64,000 nucleotides of DNA, from the NCBI GenBank assembly GCA_963675745.2, contig CAXXWX010000015.1:421285-485284 (forward strand), read 5' to 3'. This DNA is from Phycisphaerae bacterium (GTDB lineage: Bacteria > Planctomycetota > Phycisphaerae > UBA1845 > Fen-1342). The position numbers and the translations under genes are program-made. Positions 30,979-42,122 of the stretch are shown in pieces; the stretch's first letter is position 1, and each line of letters starts with the position of its first letter. The notes beneath the pieces were generated by a model that was given only the letters and a program-made list of their open reading frames with translations, was not told where the DNA came from and searched no databases.

Positions 30979-31290
30979 ATGCTGCCGCCCCGAGTAACCC
31001 GAGAATGTGCGCATTGTCGCCATCTCCCGCGAGAACCTCCGCGCGATCCCCCAACGGCCGGCGGACCGCCTTGGCTGTTACCGTTTGGATTGTACAAACG
31101 ACGGCAAGTCCCCCACTCGGGCAGGCCGGGTGATCGGCCGACGTGCCGGGAGCCGGACCGCGACGCGCCGCCGGAGAACACGGGAACCTCCCCGGACGCG
31201 ATGAACCGCCCGGCACCGGCTTCTCACGTATACTGACCGATGGTGCCCGACTCTGCCATTCTGATACGATAGCGGCCGCGGAGACCGACT

Positions 31291-32322
31291 ATGGGAAGCC
31301 AAGGTGACTTCGATCAGTACCTGGAGAGATCCGATCCACCGATCCACGACTCGGCGGACCTGCCCGGCCGGCGCCTGCGCCTCAAACGCTGGTTTCTCCG
31401 CACACTCGTGGCGTCGCTGACATGCTGTGCGCTGGTCGCGGTCTTCGCACTGCTGCTGGCCAGCTTCAATCGAACAACTGGCCGCATTCTTCTGACACTG
31501 GGAGCCTTGGCGACGCATAGCGGCATCGCCATGGCCTGCTCCGCATCACTGGAACGCCGGCTATGGCCAAAACTGAGCCTGTTTGGACTGGCGGCGTTCG
31601 GCGTCAACTTCTGCGTGCTGATCCCGTGTATCTGGTGGCCCGGAGGACCGGGCGAACCGGCGCTGCGCGCGATCCTCGCCACGGCGGCGCTGGTGGGCTA
31701 TTACATCCTCGCGACGCCGTGCGCCGATCTCCAGGAACGGAACCTGTGGCCGCCGTGGCCGCTGCTGGGCCTCAGCGTGTGTGGCAGCGGCCTGGTCATG
31801 TTGCTGGTGGTGATCTGGGCGCCGACTTCGGACAACGTCGAGTTTGGAAAGGCCACGGCGATTGCCGCGATACTGGCCTTTTCACTCGCCCACACGTGCG
31901 TGTTGCTGCGCCTGCGACGCGGCCGCTCATCCGGCTGGCTGCTGGCGAGTACGCTGGCGTGCGTCTGGGGTGTGGCGGCCATGGCATCCGCCGCAATCGT
32001 GTTCGAACCGAACGAGGATGTTTTCTACCGGTTCTTCGGCGCGCTCGGCGTTTTGGATGCCAGCGGATCGCTGTCGCTGATAATCATGGCGAAGCTCGCC
32101 CAAATCGGAAAGGTCGAGAAGCTGGAGACGGCCTCCGCCCGCGTCGAGCTCCGCTGCCCGCGCTGCACGCTGTTGCAGGTGCTCGACGTTGGCAAGGCGA
32201 AGTGCGCCGAGTGCGGTCTGAAGATCACGATCGAGATCGAAGAGCCGCGCTGCGCGAAGTGCGACTATCTGCTGTGGCAACTCCCCGAACGCCGCTGCCC
32301 CGAATGCGGCACGCCGTTTTAG
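31291..32322 (+). CDS. Multi-TM membrane protein with two C-terminal Zn ribbons
   Basis: About 8 TM, then CPRC..CAECG and CAKCDYLLWQLPERRCPECG. Confidence 0.7.
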   Translation: MGSQGDFDQYLERSDPPIHDSADLPGRRLRLKRWFLRTLVASLTCCALVAVFALLLASFNRTTGRILLTLGALATHSGIAMACSASLERRLWPKLSLFGLAAFGVNFCVLIPCIWWPGGPGEPALRAILATAALVGYYILATPCADLQERNLWPPWPLLGLSVCGSGLVMLLVVIWAPTSDNVEFGKATAIAAILAFSLAHTCVLLRLRRGRSSGWLLASTLACVWGVAAMASAAIVFEPNEDVFYRFFGALGVLDASGSLSLIIMAKLAQIGKVEKLETASARVELRCPRCTLLQVLDVGKAKCAECGLKITIEIEEPRCAKCDYLLWQLPERRCPECGTPF

Positions 32323-32636
32323 CGCCGGTTTGAATCAGGTGCGGCGGCATTGTTCCGCACGCGACGAGTGTCACAACTGCTGCCTGGATGACACGCTGTA
32401 GCTCATCAGTCCCCCATGGCAAGCCATGGGGCACCCACCAGGTACCGCCCGGCGGGTGTCTGTTTTTGTGTATTCACGTCTAACCCCATCGTGGGACGCT
32501 GTTCGGGTGTCGGGCTCACGCTAGCATATGGCAGACGCCGCGGGGCACCCGCCGCGCGCCGGAGACAATTCGCCAATGGACGGGCCACATCGCGCTGGCC
32601 TGTCATAATCGAGAGAACCGCCGAGGAGCAAAGCTG

Positions 32637-34487
32637 ATGATTGCGCATGGGAAGTTGCGAAGTTACCTGGTCGGAATGCTGGCACTGCTGACCGTCGGCG
32701 GCACGTTCGCCGGCGCTGCGGGTATCGATGACTTCTCGCTCACGCGCGCCATACCCGCCGACGTCTGCTTCGCCGCACACAGTCGAAACCACGACGGGCT
32801 CGAGTTCGTCAATGCGCAGTACGAACGCGTCTGGACAGCCCTCGAGAATGCGCGGCTGGATCGGCAGCTCAAATACCTGCTGAAGACCGTGTACCGCGAA
32901 CAGGGCATGGAGCTCGACGACTTCGAAAGCACCTGGCTCGAAATCAGCGACCTGCTGGCCGGCGTCGAGTGGTCAACGCTGTTCAAGCAGGAATGTGCCG
33001 TCGCCATGAAGTTCGGCACCCCGCCGGAAGTTATCCTGCTGATGAGGCCGCCCAAGGACCAGTTGGCCGGCGATTACCGCGGATTCAGCGCGATCCTCAA
33101 GAAGCTCGTCGCCCTCGATCCGTCGCTCGAGGTCACCGAGATAACGGACGGCGAGTCGGCGATGATCCAGTTCAATCTCCCAGGAATCCTGCCGGTCGCG
33201 GCGACACTGGCGCGCGAGGGTGACACGCTGCTGGTCGGGTTCGGCGTGACCCTGGTCGAGCAGTCGCTGGCCCTGCTCAAGGGCGAAGTCGAGGGTACTC
33301 TTTCGGACAGCGATCGCTTCAAGAAGGCATTTGCGGAATTGCCGGCGCCCACCGATGAATTCACCTACGTGGACTTTGAGCGGCTGCTGGCTCAGATTCG
33401 CCAGGCGACCGGTGCCGTGCTCACCATGGGTGAGGCGACGGGAGCGGATGAGGAGCTGGGCGAGCTGGATGTCGTCAACAAACTGATCGACGCGATCGAC
33501 ATGTTCGACTATCTCGCCGAGGTCAAGACGACCAAGGGTATGCGGCAGACCTGTCGCTCGACGCTGGTGTTGCGCGAGAACGCCAAGTCCAAGCCGTTTT
33601 ACGCCGCCATCTTCGGCAACAAGCCGCTGCAAGAGCCGCTGAAGATGATTCCCGTGCAGGCCGGCGACGTGACCGTCACCAACGGCGTCAATCTCCACGC
33701 GCTCTACCAGGCGCTGCTCAAATTCGTTTCCGAGCAGATCCCGGAGGGCGAAGACGCCGTCGCCAAGTTCAAGGAAAAGCTCACCGAGCTGCCTTTTGAC
33801 CTGGAGACCGACCTGCTTACGTGGATCGACGGCGGATTCTCCTCATTCACCATACCGGGCCCCACCCCGTTCAGCCCCGGCGACTGGCTGCTTGCGATAA
33901 AGGTCAAGGACGGCGAGAAAGCCCAGGAGATGGTCAACCGCGGCCTGGTAGAAGTCGCCGCTCTGCTCGAAGCACAAAGCGGGAACGTTATCGATGTCGA
34001 GATCGACGGTGCCGAGGGCTTCAAGGGGATCGACATGCCCGCCATCGCGACCATGCTGGGCATGCGGCCGACCATTGGCATAGCCGACGGTCAACTGCTG
34101 ATCGGCTCGGGCGTCAAACCCGTCGAGCTGGCCCTGGCAGCGGCCAAATCCGGCAAGACCTTTGCCAAGAATGAGCGTTACATCAAAGAGGGGCTGCCCC
34201 TCGCTGACAATGTCGTCAGCATGTCATTCCACGACACGTCGAAAGTCGGCGAAACATGGGCCGGCATGCTCCAGATGGCGCCCATGATCGGTGCGCTTGC
34301 TCCGCCTGAGGTGCAGAGCAACCCCGTGCTGCGCGCGGCGTTCGGAGTGGCGGGACGCTTGGCGCCGGTGGCACGTGAGTTCAACTTCTTCCTGTCCTCC
34401 TGCTCTCAGACCACTTTTGACGGCCGCACGCTGGTCACCGACACGCTCGTCAACTACCAGGAGCCACCCAAACCCGCTGAGGAGTAG
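32637..34487 (+). CDS. Secreted hypothetical protein (possibly DUF3352-like)
   Basis: SD gaggag, signal peptide, 616-aa ORF with an internal two-fold repeat (..LSDSDRFKKA.. / ..FAKNERYIKE..). Confidence 0.6.
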   Translation: MIAHGKLRSYLVGMLALLTVGGTFAGAAGIDDFSLTRAIPADVCFAAHSRNHDGLEFVNAQYERVWTALENARLDRQLKYLLKTVYREQGMELDDFESTWLEISDLLAGVEWSTLFKQECAVAMKFGTPPEVILLMRPPKDQLAGDYRGFSAILKKLVALDPSLEVTEITDGESAMIQFNLPGILPVAATLAREGDTLLVGFGVTLVEQSLALLKGEVEGTLSDSDRFKKAFAELPAPTDEFTYVDFERLLAQIRQATGAVLTMGEATGADEELGELDVVNKLIDAIDMFDYLAEVKTTKGMRQTCRSTLVLRENAKSKPFYAAIFGNKPLQEPLKMIPVQAGDVTVTNGVNLHALYQALLKFVSEQIPEGEDAVAKFKEKLTELPFDLETDLLTWIDGGFSSFTIPGPTPFSPGDWLLAIKVKDGEKAQEMVNRGLVEVAALLEAQSGNVIDVEIDGAEGFKGIDMPAIATMLGMRPTIGIADGQLLIGSGVKPVELALAAAKSGKTFAKNERYIKEGLPLADNVVSMSFHDTSKVGETWAGMLQMAPMIGALAPPEVQSNPVLRAAFGVAGRLAPVAREFNFFLSSCSQTTFDGRTLVTDTLVNYQEPPKPAEE

Positions 34488-34538
34488 CAGACCCCCGCAA
34501 TCGCGTATTGGCCCGCCCCGGCGCGGGTGCCGGATCGG

Positions 34539-35072
34539 CTACCATCCGTCCTCGTCGTCGTCGGAGCTGGCGTCGGGGCGCGGCCGGTGCTCGGGCACTG
34601 GCTTGTCAGGCGCGCGCTCGCGCGGCGGGCACTCGACCTGTCGACCAGGGATTTCAGGCACCCATCCGCGGATTTCCGGACATCTGGTGGCGCGATATGC
34701 CGTCTCCAGGCCGCACTCCTGGCAGGTGAGCGGCCAATCGTCGAAATCCAGGTCTCTGGTCACGGTGTACTGGGCCGCGCAGTCCGGATTCGTGCAGATT
34801 ACGAAGAGCGTCGCCGTCGGCGGGGCTTCGACCCGATCACGAGCGTACTCGCTCACGAGCGACCCCACGAACCAGTGTGTGGCCCAGATGGCCACAACCC
34901 CCACGGTAACCCAGAGGATGATGCGGGCCAGCGGGTTGTACCACAGGCGACCGGGATCGTCCCGCACACTCTGGCACAATGCCCGGTAGTGACCAGGGAG
35001 CTGTTCGATCTGCTCGCGCAAGCGGTGAGGCAGCTCGGCGAGCGATGGTATCCGGCGATCAGGCATGGCCAT
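34539..35072 (-). CDS. Single-TM protein with Cys cluster (CTNPDC, CQECG, CPE)
   Basis: SD ggag before ATG 35072, [16 protein letters not shown]. The upstream part of the listed ORF is antisense to the tRNA. Confidence 0.6.
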   Translation of the reverse strand: MAMPDRRIPSLAELPHRLREQIEQLPGHYRALCQSVRDDPGRLWYNPLARIILWVTVGVVAIWATHWFVGSLVSEYARDRVEAPPTATLFVICTNPDCAAQYTVTRDLDFDDWPLTCQECGLETAYRATRCPEIRGWVPEIPGRQVECPPRERAPDKPVPEHRPRPDASSDDDEDGW

Positions 35073-35161
35073 CTCCGGTTTCCGATAACGGCCGCCGCGG
35101 CGCGACCGGGCGTGCCATAGAATACCCTGCCGGGGCCGGTCGGGTACGCCGATTTTTGCTT

Positions 35162-35189
35162 TTGACAACCTTAGCGGCCCGTATACAAT
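35162..35189 (+). promoter_or_regulatory. Sigma70-type promoter for tRNA-Thr-tuf
   Basis: TTGACA-16 nt-TACAAT. Confidence 0.75.
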
Positions 35190-35264
35190 GCCCGTTCGCT
35201 GTTTTGGGGCTGGGCCGTACGTGAGGTCTGCCCGGCGAGCGGCATGTGCCGGCCAGGCGGTAAT

Positions 35265-35336
35265 GCTGCTGTAGCTCAGTGGTAGAGCACGTCCTTGGTA
35301 AGGACGGGGTCGTGGGTTCAACCCCCACCAGCAGCT
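35265..35336 (+). tRNA. tRNA-Thr(GGT), CCA not encoded
   Basis: Acceptor GCTGCTG/CAGCAGC, D arm GCTCAGTGGTAGAGC, anticodon arm CGTCC-TTGGTAA-GGACG, T arm GTGGG-TTCAACC-CCCAC. Confidence 0.95.
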
Positions 35337-35458
35337 TCATCCGCGCCGCGGGTGCCTGCTCAGTTTCGTACCAAACGGTTCAGGATGCAAATGTGACACG
35401 GTGGCCGCCAGTGGCCACACCGGGCGCGACCTTCCCCGGTCGACTTTGGAGAACTTGA

Positions 35459-36691
<1,233 letters not shown>

Positions 36692-36810
36692 TACCGGGAC
36701 GCCCGGGAGCAACGCCGGGGTCCTGGAACAGTGACGGCAGGGGCGGGCGGCGCCGTGCAGGCCTGCCCGGGCCCTTTTGCCGTAACAGCACCGACTTGGA
36801 GAACGGTTGA

Positions 36811-36978
36811 ATGGCCAAGGCGCAGAAAAGAGAGTGGGTGTGGTTGCAGTGCACCGAAACCGGTGATCTGAACTACCGGACCACGGTGAACGTGCTGGGC
36901 GGCGTGCCCAAGCTGCAACTGAAGAAGTACAGCCCGCGCCTGCGCCGCCGCACCGTTCACAAGATCAAACGAAAATAA
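36811..36978 (+). CDS. rpmG: 50S ribosomal protein L33 (not in ORF track)
   Basis: Manual translation MAKAQKREWVWLQCTETGDLNYRTTVNVLGGVPKLQLKKYSPRLRRRTVHKIKRK. Conserved position between tuf and tRNA-Trp. Only one Cys, so likely the Zn-independent type. Confidence 0.93.
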   Translation: MAKAQKREWVWLQCTETGDLNYRTTVNVLGGVPKLQLKKYSPRLRRRTVHKIKRK

Positions 36979-36984
36979 GTGAGG

Positions 36985-37092
36985 AGTTGTCAGTTAGCAG
37001 TTGGCGGTTGGCAGAACGCCGAAGCCGTCGCGCCCATCAGGGCTTGCTTCGATGTCGAGTACCGAGAACTGATAACTGCACACTGATGACTT
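36985..37092. repeat. Degenerate inverted CAGTTNN heptamer arrays
   Basis: agttgtcagttagcagttggcggttggcag ... gagaactgataactgcacactgatgact. Confidence 0.7.
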
Positions 37093-37102
37093 TTGTTGTT
37101 CT

Positions 37103-37176
37103 AGGAGCGTAGCTCAATTTGGCAGAGCACCGGTTTCCAAAACCGGCGGTTGGGGGTTCGAGTCCCTCCGCTCCTG
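37103..37176 (+). tRNA. tRNA-Trp(CCA), CCA end not encoded
   Basis: Acceptor AGGAGCG/CGCTCCT, anticodon arm CCGGT-TTCCAAA-ACCGG, T arm GGGGG-TTCGAGT-CCCTC. Upstream of secE. Confidence 0.95.
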
Positions 37177-37304
37177 GTGAGTCGCCAGACCGGGACGGTT
37201 CTCGGAAGTTTTAGTTGTCCGGCGATCAGATTCCGGTGTGGTCAATGTGAATGTTGACCGGCGCTGTGTATCGCGGCGGTGGTTAGCGCCGCGGGAGAAA
37301 CTTG

Positions 37305-37805
37305 ATGGATACACCAAGCGAACGGCCGTCACCAGGTGGCGGGGGCCGAGGTGAGGCTCCACGTCGCGCGCCCGAAGCCGGCGCCCCACTGCGTGTTTAC
37401 AAGCCCGGCCAGGGCCAGCATGTGCGCTGGAGCAGCGCCGTTGCCGCCGGGGTGATCGTGGTGGCCACGGGCTGGTTTGTACACGACCAGTTGGTATACG
37501 CCGGCGCTATGGCACAAAAGCTGATCGCGCTCGGCGTCGTCGCAGCACTGGGGGTGCTGGTGTACTACGCGCTGGGTCGCAACCACAGCACGGTCGACTT
37601 CATGATCGCCACCGAAGGCGAGATGAAGAAGGTCAACTGGACGACCCGCCGCGAGATCATCGGCGCAACCAAGGTTGTGATCGTGGCCATGTTCGCTCTC
37701 GCGTTCCTGCTGTTCGCGGTAGACATATTCTTCATGGTCATATTCAGCTCGATAGACGTGCTCCAGATTGACATCGGTCAGGTGTTTGGGGGCGGCGGCG
37801 AATAA
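37305..37805 (+). CDS. secE: Preprotein translocase SecE (3-TM type)
   Basis: FMIATEGEMKKVNWTTRREI motif and position before nusG. Confidence 0.92.
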   Translation: MDTPSERPSPGGGGRGEAPRRAPEAGAPLRVYKPGQGQHVRWSSAVAAGVIVVATGWFVHDQLVYAGAMAQKLIALGVVAALGVLVYYALGRNHSTVDFMIATEGEMKKVNWTTRREIIGATKVVIVAMFALAFLLFAVDIFFMVIFSSIDVLQIDIGQVFGGGGE

Positions 37806-38530
37806 TGGCGGTAACCGAAGAGGAAAACCTGCTCGACGAGAATTCGCCGGACCAGCCGGAGAAGACGGCTGAGGCCGCGTCATCAGGCGATGCCGCACCG
37901 GCTGAGCGAACGGAGGCGGAAGCGGGGTCATCGGTCGTGGCCGAAGAGGCGGCGCAGGCCAAGGAGCCGCTGGTTCGCGAGGGCATGCACTGGTACGTTC
38001 TGCGGGTCGCCTCAAACCGTGAAGACCAGGTTCGCGATGCGCTGGAGCGCAAGGTCAAGATCGAGACCCTGGAAGAGCGCATCGGGCGGGTGCTGGTGCC
38101 ATCCCAGAAGGAAAAACGCATACGCAGCGGGCGGGCGCGCGTCCATTACCGCAAGTTGTATCCCGGTTATGTCTTTGTCGAGATGGCTACCGAACCCGAC
38201 GGCAGCGTACCGGACAACGTGTGGTTCATGATCAAGGATACCAGCGGTGTCGGCGATTTCATCAGCGCCGGCGGTAAACCGTCAGCGATGAGCATGGCCG
38301 AGGTCGAGGAGATGCTCGCCGCCGTGATCAGCCCCGACGACACGCCCACGCTGGCAAACCTGAAATTCAAGAAGGGCGACAAGGTCAAGGTGCAGGAAGG
38401 TCCGTTCGAAAACTTCGAAGGTCTTGTGGACGAAATCAACACGCAAAAGGGCACGGTACGCGTGATCGTCACGATCTTCGGGCGGGCCACTCCGATCGAG
38501 ATCGACTACTGGCAGGTCGACCCACTGTAG
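37805..38530 (+). CDS. nusG: Transcription termination/antitermination factor NusG
   Basis: WYVLRVASNRE, YPGYVFVEM, GPFENFEG, IFGRATPIE. Confidence 0.96.
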   Translation: MAVTEEENLLDENSPDQPEKTAEAASSGDAAPAERTEAEAGSSVVAEEAAQAKEPLVREGMHWYVLRVASNREDQVRDALERKVKIETLEERIGRVLVPSQKEKRIRSGRARVHYRKLYPGYVFVEMATEPDGSVPDNVWFMIKDTSGVGDFISAGGKPSAMSMAEVEEMLAAVISPDDTPTLANLKFKKGDKVKVQEGPFENFEGLVDEINTQKGTVRVIVTIFGRATPIEIDYWQVDPL

Positions 38531-38638
38531 CAACCGTGGCGGATTTCCGCTTGGAACAAGCGCGGTTATCTGCTAGCATGCGAGGTTCCCCGGCGCGCCA
38601 GACGCCGTAGCACAAGGTTTGAGCAGTAGGACAGCCTA

Positions 38639-39091
38639 ATGGCGAAGCAGATCGCACAGAAGATCAAGTTGCAGGCCCCCGGCGGGCAGGCCACACCGGC
38701 ACCTCCCATCGGGCCGGCGTTAGGCCAGCACGGCGTGAACATCGGGCAATTCGTGTCGCAGTTTAACGAGCGCACGAAGGACATGAACGGGACCACCTGC
38801 CCGGTGGAAATCACGGTCTACAAGGACAAGTCTTTCGACTTTCTGGTCAAGAGCCCGCCGGCCGCGGTGCTGCTGACCAAGGCTGCCAAGCCGCTCGATC
38901 CCAGCCTGAGCATCGTGGAGAAAGGCTCGGGGGTTCCAAACCGCGAAAAGGTCGGCCGGGTCACCCGGGACGATCTCCGCAAGATCGCGGAAACCAAGGC
39001 GAAAGACCTGAACTCGTTTGACGTCGAAGCCGCCCAGCGCATGGTGGCCGGCACGGCGCGATCGATGGGAATTGTGGTAGAGGACGATTAG
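38639..39091 (+). CDS. rplK: 50S ribosomal protein L11
   Basis: [22 protein letters not shown]. Confidence 0.97.
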   Translation: MAKQIAQKIKLQAPGGQATPAPPIGPALGQHGVNIGQFVSQFNERTKDMNGTTCPVEITVYKDKSFDFLVKSPPAAVLLTKAAKPLDPSLSIVEKGSGVPNREKVGRVTRDDLRKIAETKAKDLNSFDVEAAQRMVAGTARSMGIVVEDD

Positions 39092-39181
39092 CGGCACGCG
39101 GGCCGACGGTTGTCGGCGCCGAGCTTGGACACATATAACCCAGGGCCTGACCACGGGCCGGCAACACAGTGGGAGCTTGCG

Positions 39182-39880
39182 ATGCAGAGACGCAGTAAGC
39201 GCTATCGAAAAGACATGGAAAAGGCGAAAGGCACGCCCGCCCCTCTCGACGTAGCGATCAAAACCCTCAAACAGTTCAGCGCGACCAAGTTTGACCAGAC
39301 TGTCGACCTGGTCTGCCACCTTGGCATCGATCCGCGCCAGGCGGACCAGATGATCCGCGGATCGGTCAGCCTGCCGAAGGGAGTCGGCAAGTCTAAGCGG
39401 GTGATTGCGTTCTGCCAGGACGCCGACGCCGAGGCCGCCAAGGCCGCCGGTGCGGTTGAAGCCGGCGGGGATGATCTGGTGGAGAAGGTCCAGAAAGGCT
39501 GGATGGATTTCGACGTCGCCGTCGCGCACCCATCAGTGATGGGCAAGGTCGGCAAGCTGGGCCGCGTGTTGGGCCCGCAGGGCAAGATGCCGTCGCCGAA
39601 GAGTGGCACCGTTACCACTGACATCGCGACCGCGATTCGTGAATACTCCGCCGGCAAGCTCGAGTATCGCAACGACGCCGGCGGCAACATCCACGCGCCG
39701 GTGGGCAAGGTGAGCTTCTCCAACGAAGACCTGATGGAGAACATCTCGGCGTTCGTCGGCCATATTCGCAAGCTGAAGCCGGCCGCGGCAAAGGGCACCT
39801 ACCTGAAGAAGGTCAGTATCAGCGGAACCATGACTCCCGGGATCGAAGTTGATACCGGCAGTATTGCGGGATTGGAGTAG
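39182..39880 (+). CDS. rplA: 50S ribosomal protein L1
   Basis: [35 protein letters not shown] 39182 follows gggag. Confidence 0.97.
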   Translation: MQRRSKRYRKDMEKAKGTPAPLDVAIKTLKQFSATKFDQTVDLVCHLGIDPRQADQMIRGSVSLPKGVGKSKRVIAFCQDADAEAAKAAGAVEAGGDDLVEKVQKGWMDFDVAVAHPSVMGKVGKLGRVLGPQGKMPSPKSGTVTTDIATAIREYSAGKLEYRNDAGGNIHAPVGKVSFSNEDLMENISAFVGHIRKLKPAAAKGTYLKKVSISGTMTPGIEVDTGSIAGLE

Positions 39881-39885
39881 ATGCT

Positions 39886-40428
39886 ATGAGCAAGCCCGTC
39901 AAAGACATGATCACGAAGGAACTCCACTCACGCTATGCCACGGTCGATTCGGCGCTGTGGGTCGAGTTCGTCGGCATCGACGGTAACACGACCAACGACT
40001 TCCGCCGTGAACTGCGTGCCAACAACATCCGCATGGAGATCGTGAAGAACTCGCTCTTTCAGCGTGCGGTCGCGGGTGGCCCGCTCGAGCGCATGGCGCG
40101 CGACATGTCAGGCCCGGTTGCGCTGGTAACCGGTGGCGAGTCGATCATCGACGCCGCCAAGCTGCTCGATACCTGGCGGCGTAAACTCGAAGGCGTCATC
40201 GTGCGCGGCGCGGTGATCGAGGGCGAATACATCGAGGAATCGCGCGCCGGCCAGGTGCATAAGATGCCCACCAAGCGCGATGTCCAGGCCAAGCTGTCAG
40301 CTATCGTACTCTCGCCCGGCGGCAAGCTGGCATCGGCCATTCGCTCGGGAGGCGGCAACATCGCCGGCTGTCTCAAGACCATTATCGAGAAGCTGGAGAA
40401 GGACGAGCCGATCGCCAACGTGGCGTGA
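39886..40428 (+). CDS. rplJ: 50S ribosomal protein L10
   Basis: VKNSL motif, size and operon position. Confidence 0.93.
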   Translation: MSKPVKDMITKELHSRYATVDSALWVEFVGIDGNTTNDFRRELRANNIRMEIVKNSLFQRAVAGGPLERMARDMSGPVALVTGGESIIDAAKLLDTWRRKLEGVIVRGAVIEGEYIEESRAGQVHKMPTKRDVQAKLSAIVLSPGGKLASAIRSGGGNIAGCLKTIIEKLEKDEPIANVA

Positions 40429-40438
40429 GGGGGAGAAG

Positions 40439-40531
40439 AAGGCAACCAGGCAACCAGGCAACGAGGCAAAGAGGCCACAGGTAGGCTGCCTGGCTTGAAT
40501 ACTGAGAACTGAACACTGAAAACTGAAAACT
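40439..40531. repeat. Octamer (AGGCAACC) and heptamer (ACTGAAA) tandem arrays
   Basis: aggcaacc-aggcaacc-aggcaacg-aggcaaag and actgaga-actgaac-actgaaa-actgaaa. Confidence 0.8.
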
Positions 40532-40625
40532 ACTTCCTGACTGCTCCGCCTGGCGGATTAAAAGAGACCATCGGGGTCTCTGCTATCAGGGTAGTCGAGT
40601 AGATGTAGCACGGAGAGTATGACCC

Positions 40626-41054
40626 ATGGCCGATGCACCCGCCGATGCCGCTCCCGCCAAGGAGTTTGCGGCTGAAATCAAGGAACTGGGCGACAAGATC
40701 GTCGCGCTGACACTTATTCAGGCCACCGACCTGACTGACTATCTCAAGGTAACCTACGGCATCGAGCCCGCTGCCGGCGGCGCCGTGATCGCGGCGATGC
40801 CGGGCGACGGGGGCGGCGGCGAAGCCGCGGCCGAAGAGCAGACCGAGTTCAGCGTTATCATCAAGGCCGCCGGCGACAAGAAGCTCCAGGTTATCAAGGT
40901 CGTCCGCGCGATCCGCACCGATCTGGGTCTCAAGGAAGCCAAGGCGCTTGTCGACGAGGCGCCCAAGGCGATCGTCGAAGACGTCAGCAAGGAAGACGCC
41001 GAGAAGTGGCAGAAGGAGCTCGAAGAAGCCGGCGCGACTGTCGAGCTCAAGTAG
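40626..41054 (+). CDS. rplL: 50S ribosomal protein L7/L12
   Basis: [36 protein letters not shown]. Confidence 0.97.
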   Translation: MADAPADAAPAKEFAAEIKELGDKIVALTLIQATDLTDYLKVTYGIEPAAGGAVIAAMPGDGGGGEAAAEEQTEFSVIIKAAGDKKLQVIKVVRAIRTDLGLKEAKALVDEAPKAIVEDVSKEDAEKWQKELEEAGATVELK

Positions 41055-41178
41055 AGCTTATCTCAACTTGCGGCACAGGTTTCTGACCCGCCGGATTCAC
41101 CGGCTGAGAACCCGCGCCGCAATCGCCGGCGTTCGACGCCGCTCGCTGACATGGCACCCTGGGATTGACAACACGCAT

Positions 41179-41205
41179 AGCCCGGCCGATCCCGGCCGGG
41201 CTTTT
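41179..41205 (+). terminator. Probable intrinsic terminator after rplL
   Basis: agcccggccg-atcc-cggccgggct followed by ttt. Confidence 0.7.
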
Positions 41206-41298
41206 GCGTGCGCCGCGCGATCGGCGTCGCGACGTGATCTGGATGCAAGCGCGTCGCGCGTGTTCCCCCGCCTCCCTTCCGGCCATATCCTGTGCGCC

Positions 41299-42105
41299 AT
41301 GGGTGACGCCGAGGACAGCGCGCTTTACTGCCTGACTTGCGAGTACAACCTCACGGGCATCAATAGCGACCGCTGCCCGGAATGCGGCGCGGATATCGAC
41401 TGGTCCGAGCTGCGCGCCATCGCCGCCGGCGAGACGCGCCCGATATGGGACTGGACGGGGAACCTGCTGCGTGATCTGCCGCGGCTCTGGTGCAGCGTGG
41501 CGTTCACGCCGGAACTTGTCGCTCGCGACTTCCCACCACACCACAATGTCGCTGAAGCACGCGCGTACTCGTGGGGCTGTTATATCGTCGCCGCTCTTCT
41601 GTTCCTCACAGGCGGCCTGATCGCGTCCATTAAGGACGGCGACATGGGTATACTCGGCCTCTGCATAATGATCGCCATCACCACGTCGATCTCGTTCTGG
41701 GTCTGTGAGACACTGGTGGCGCTAGTGCTCGCATCGCTGCTCAAACCGTTGCACGCCCGCTATCGTCTTCACTTCTGGCGAGGTCTCATGCATTGCACGA
41801 GCGGATTCACAATCCTGACGGGCGCTTGGGCAGCGGCGATGCTCTTTATCCTGACCACCCCCGAAATCACCGACGTCCGCGCGATGTCCGCTCTGCCGCT
41901 CTTCGCAGCCATCGCTATTATCTGTGCCGCACCGGCGTTCTTGTTCGGCTGGTGGGTCTATGTCGTTGAACGCCTGATCGTCGCGTGCGCTGCGCCGGGA
42001 CCAGCGCGCGGGCTTGCCAGCGTGGCGGTACCTGTCATCGGCATGCTCTGTATCTGCCTGGGGATTGGCTTGAGCGGCGCTTTCGCACCGGTTTTCTTGT
42101 TCTAG
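41299..42105 (+). CDS. Zn-ribbon (CLTCEYNLTGI..CPECG) multi-TM membrane protein
   Basis: Likely start MGDAEDSALY. The upstream part of the listed ORF overlaps rplL and the terminator. Confidence 0.7.
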   Translation: MGDAEDSALYCLTCEYNLTGINSDRCPECGADIDWSELRAIAAGETRPIWDWTGNLLRDLPRLWCSVAFTPELVARDFPPHHNVAEARAYSWGCYIVAALLFLTGGLIASIKDGDMGILGLCIMIAITTSISFWVCETLVALVLASLLKPLHARYRLHFWRGLMHCTSGFTILTGAWAAAMLFILTTPEITDVRAMSALPLFAAIAIICAAPAFLFGWWVYVVERLIVACAAPGPARGLASVAVPVIGMLCICLGIGLSGAFAPVFLF

Positions 42106-42122
42106 CTATATTGATCGAAACG

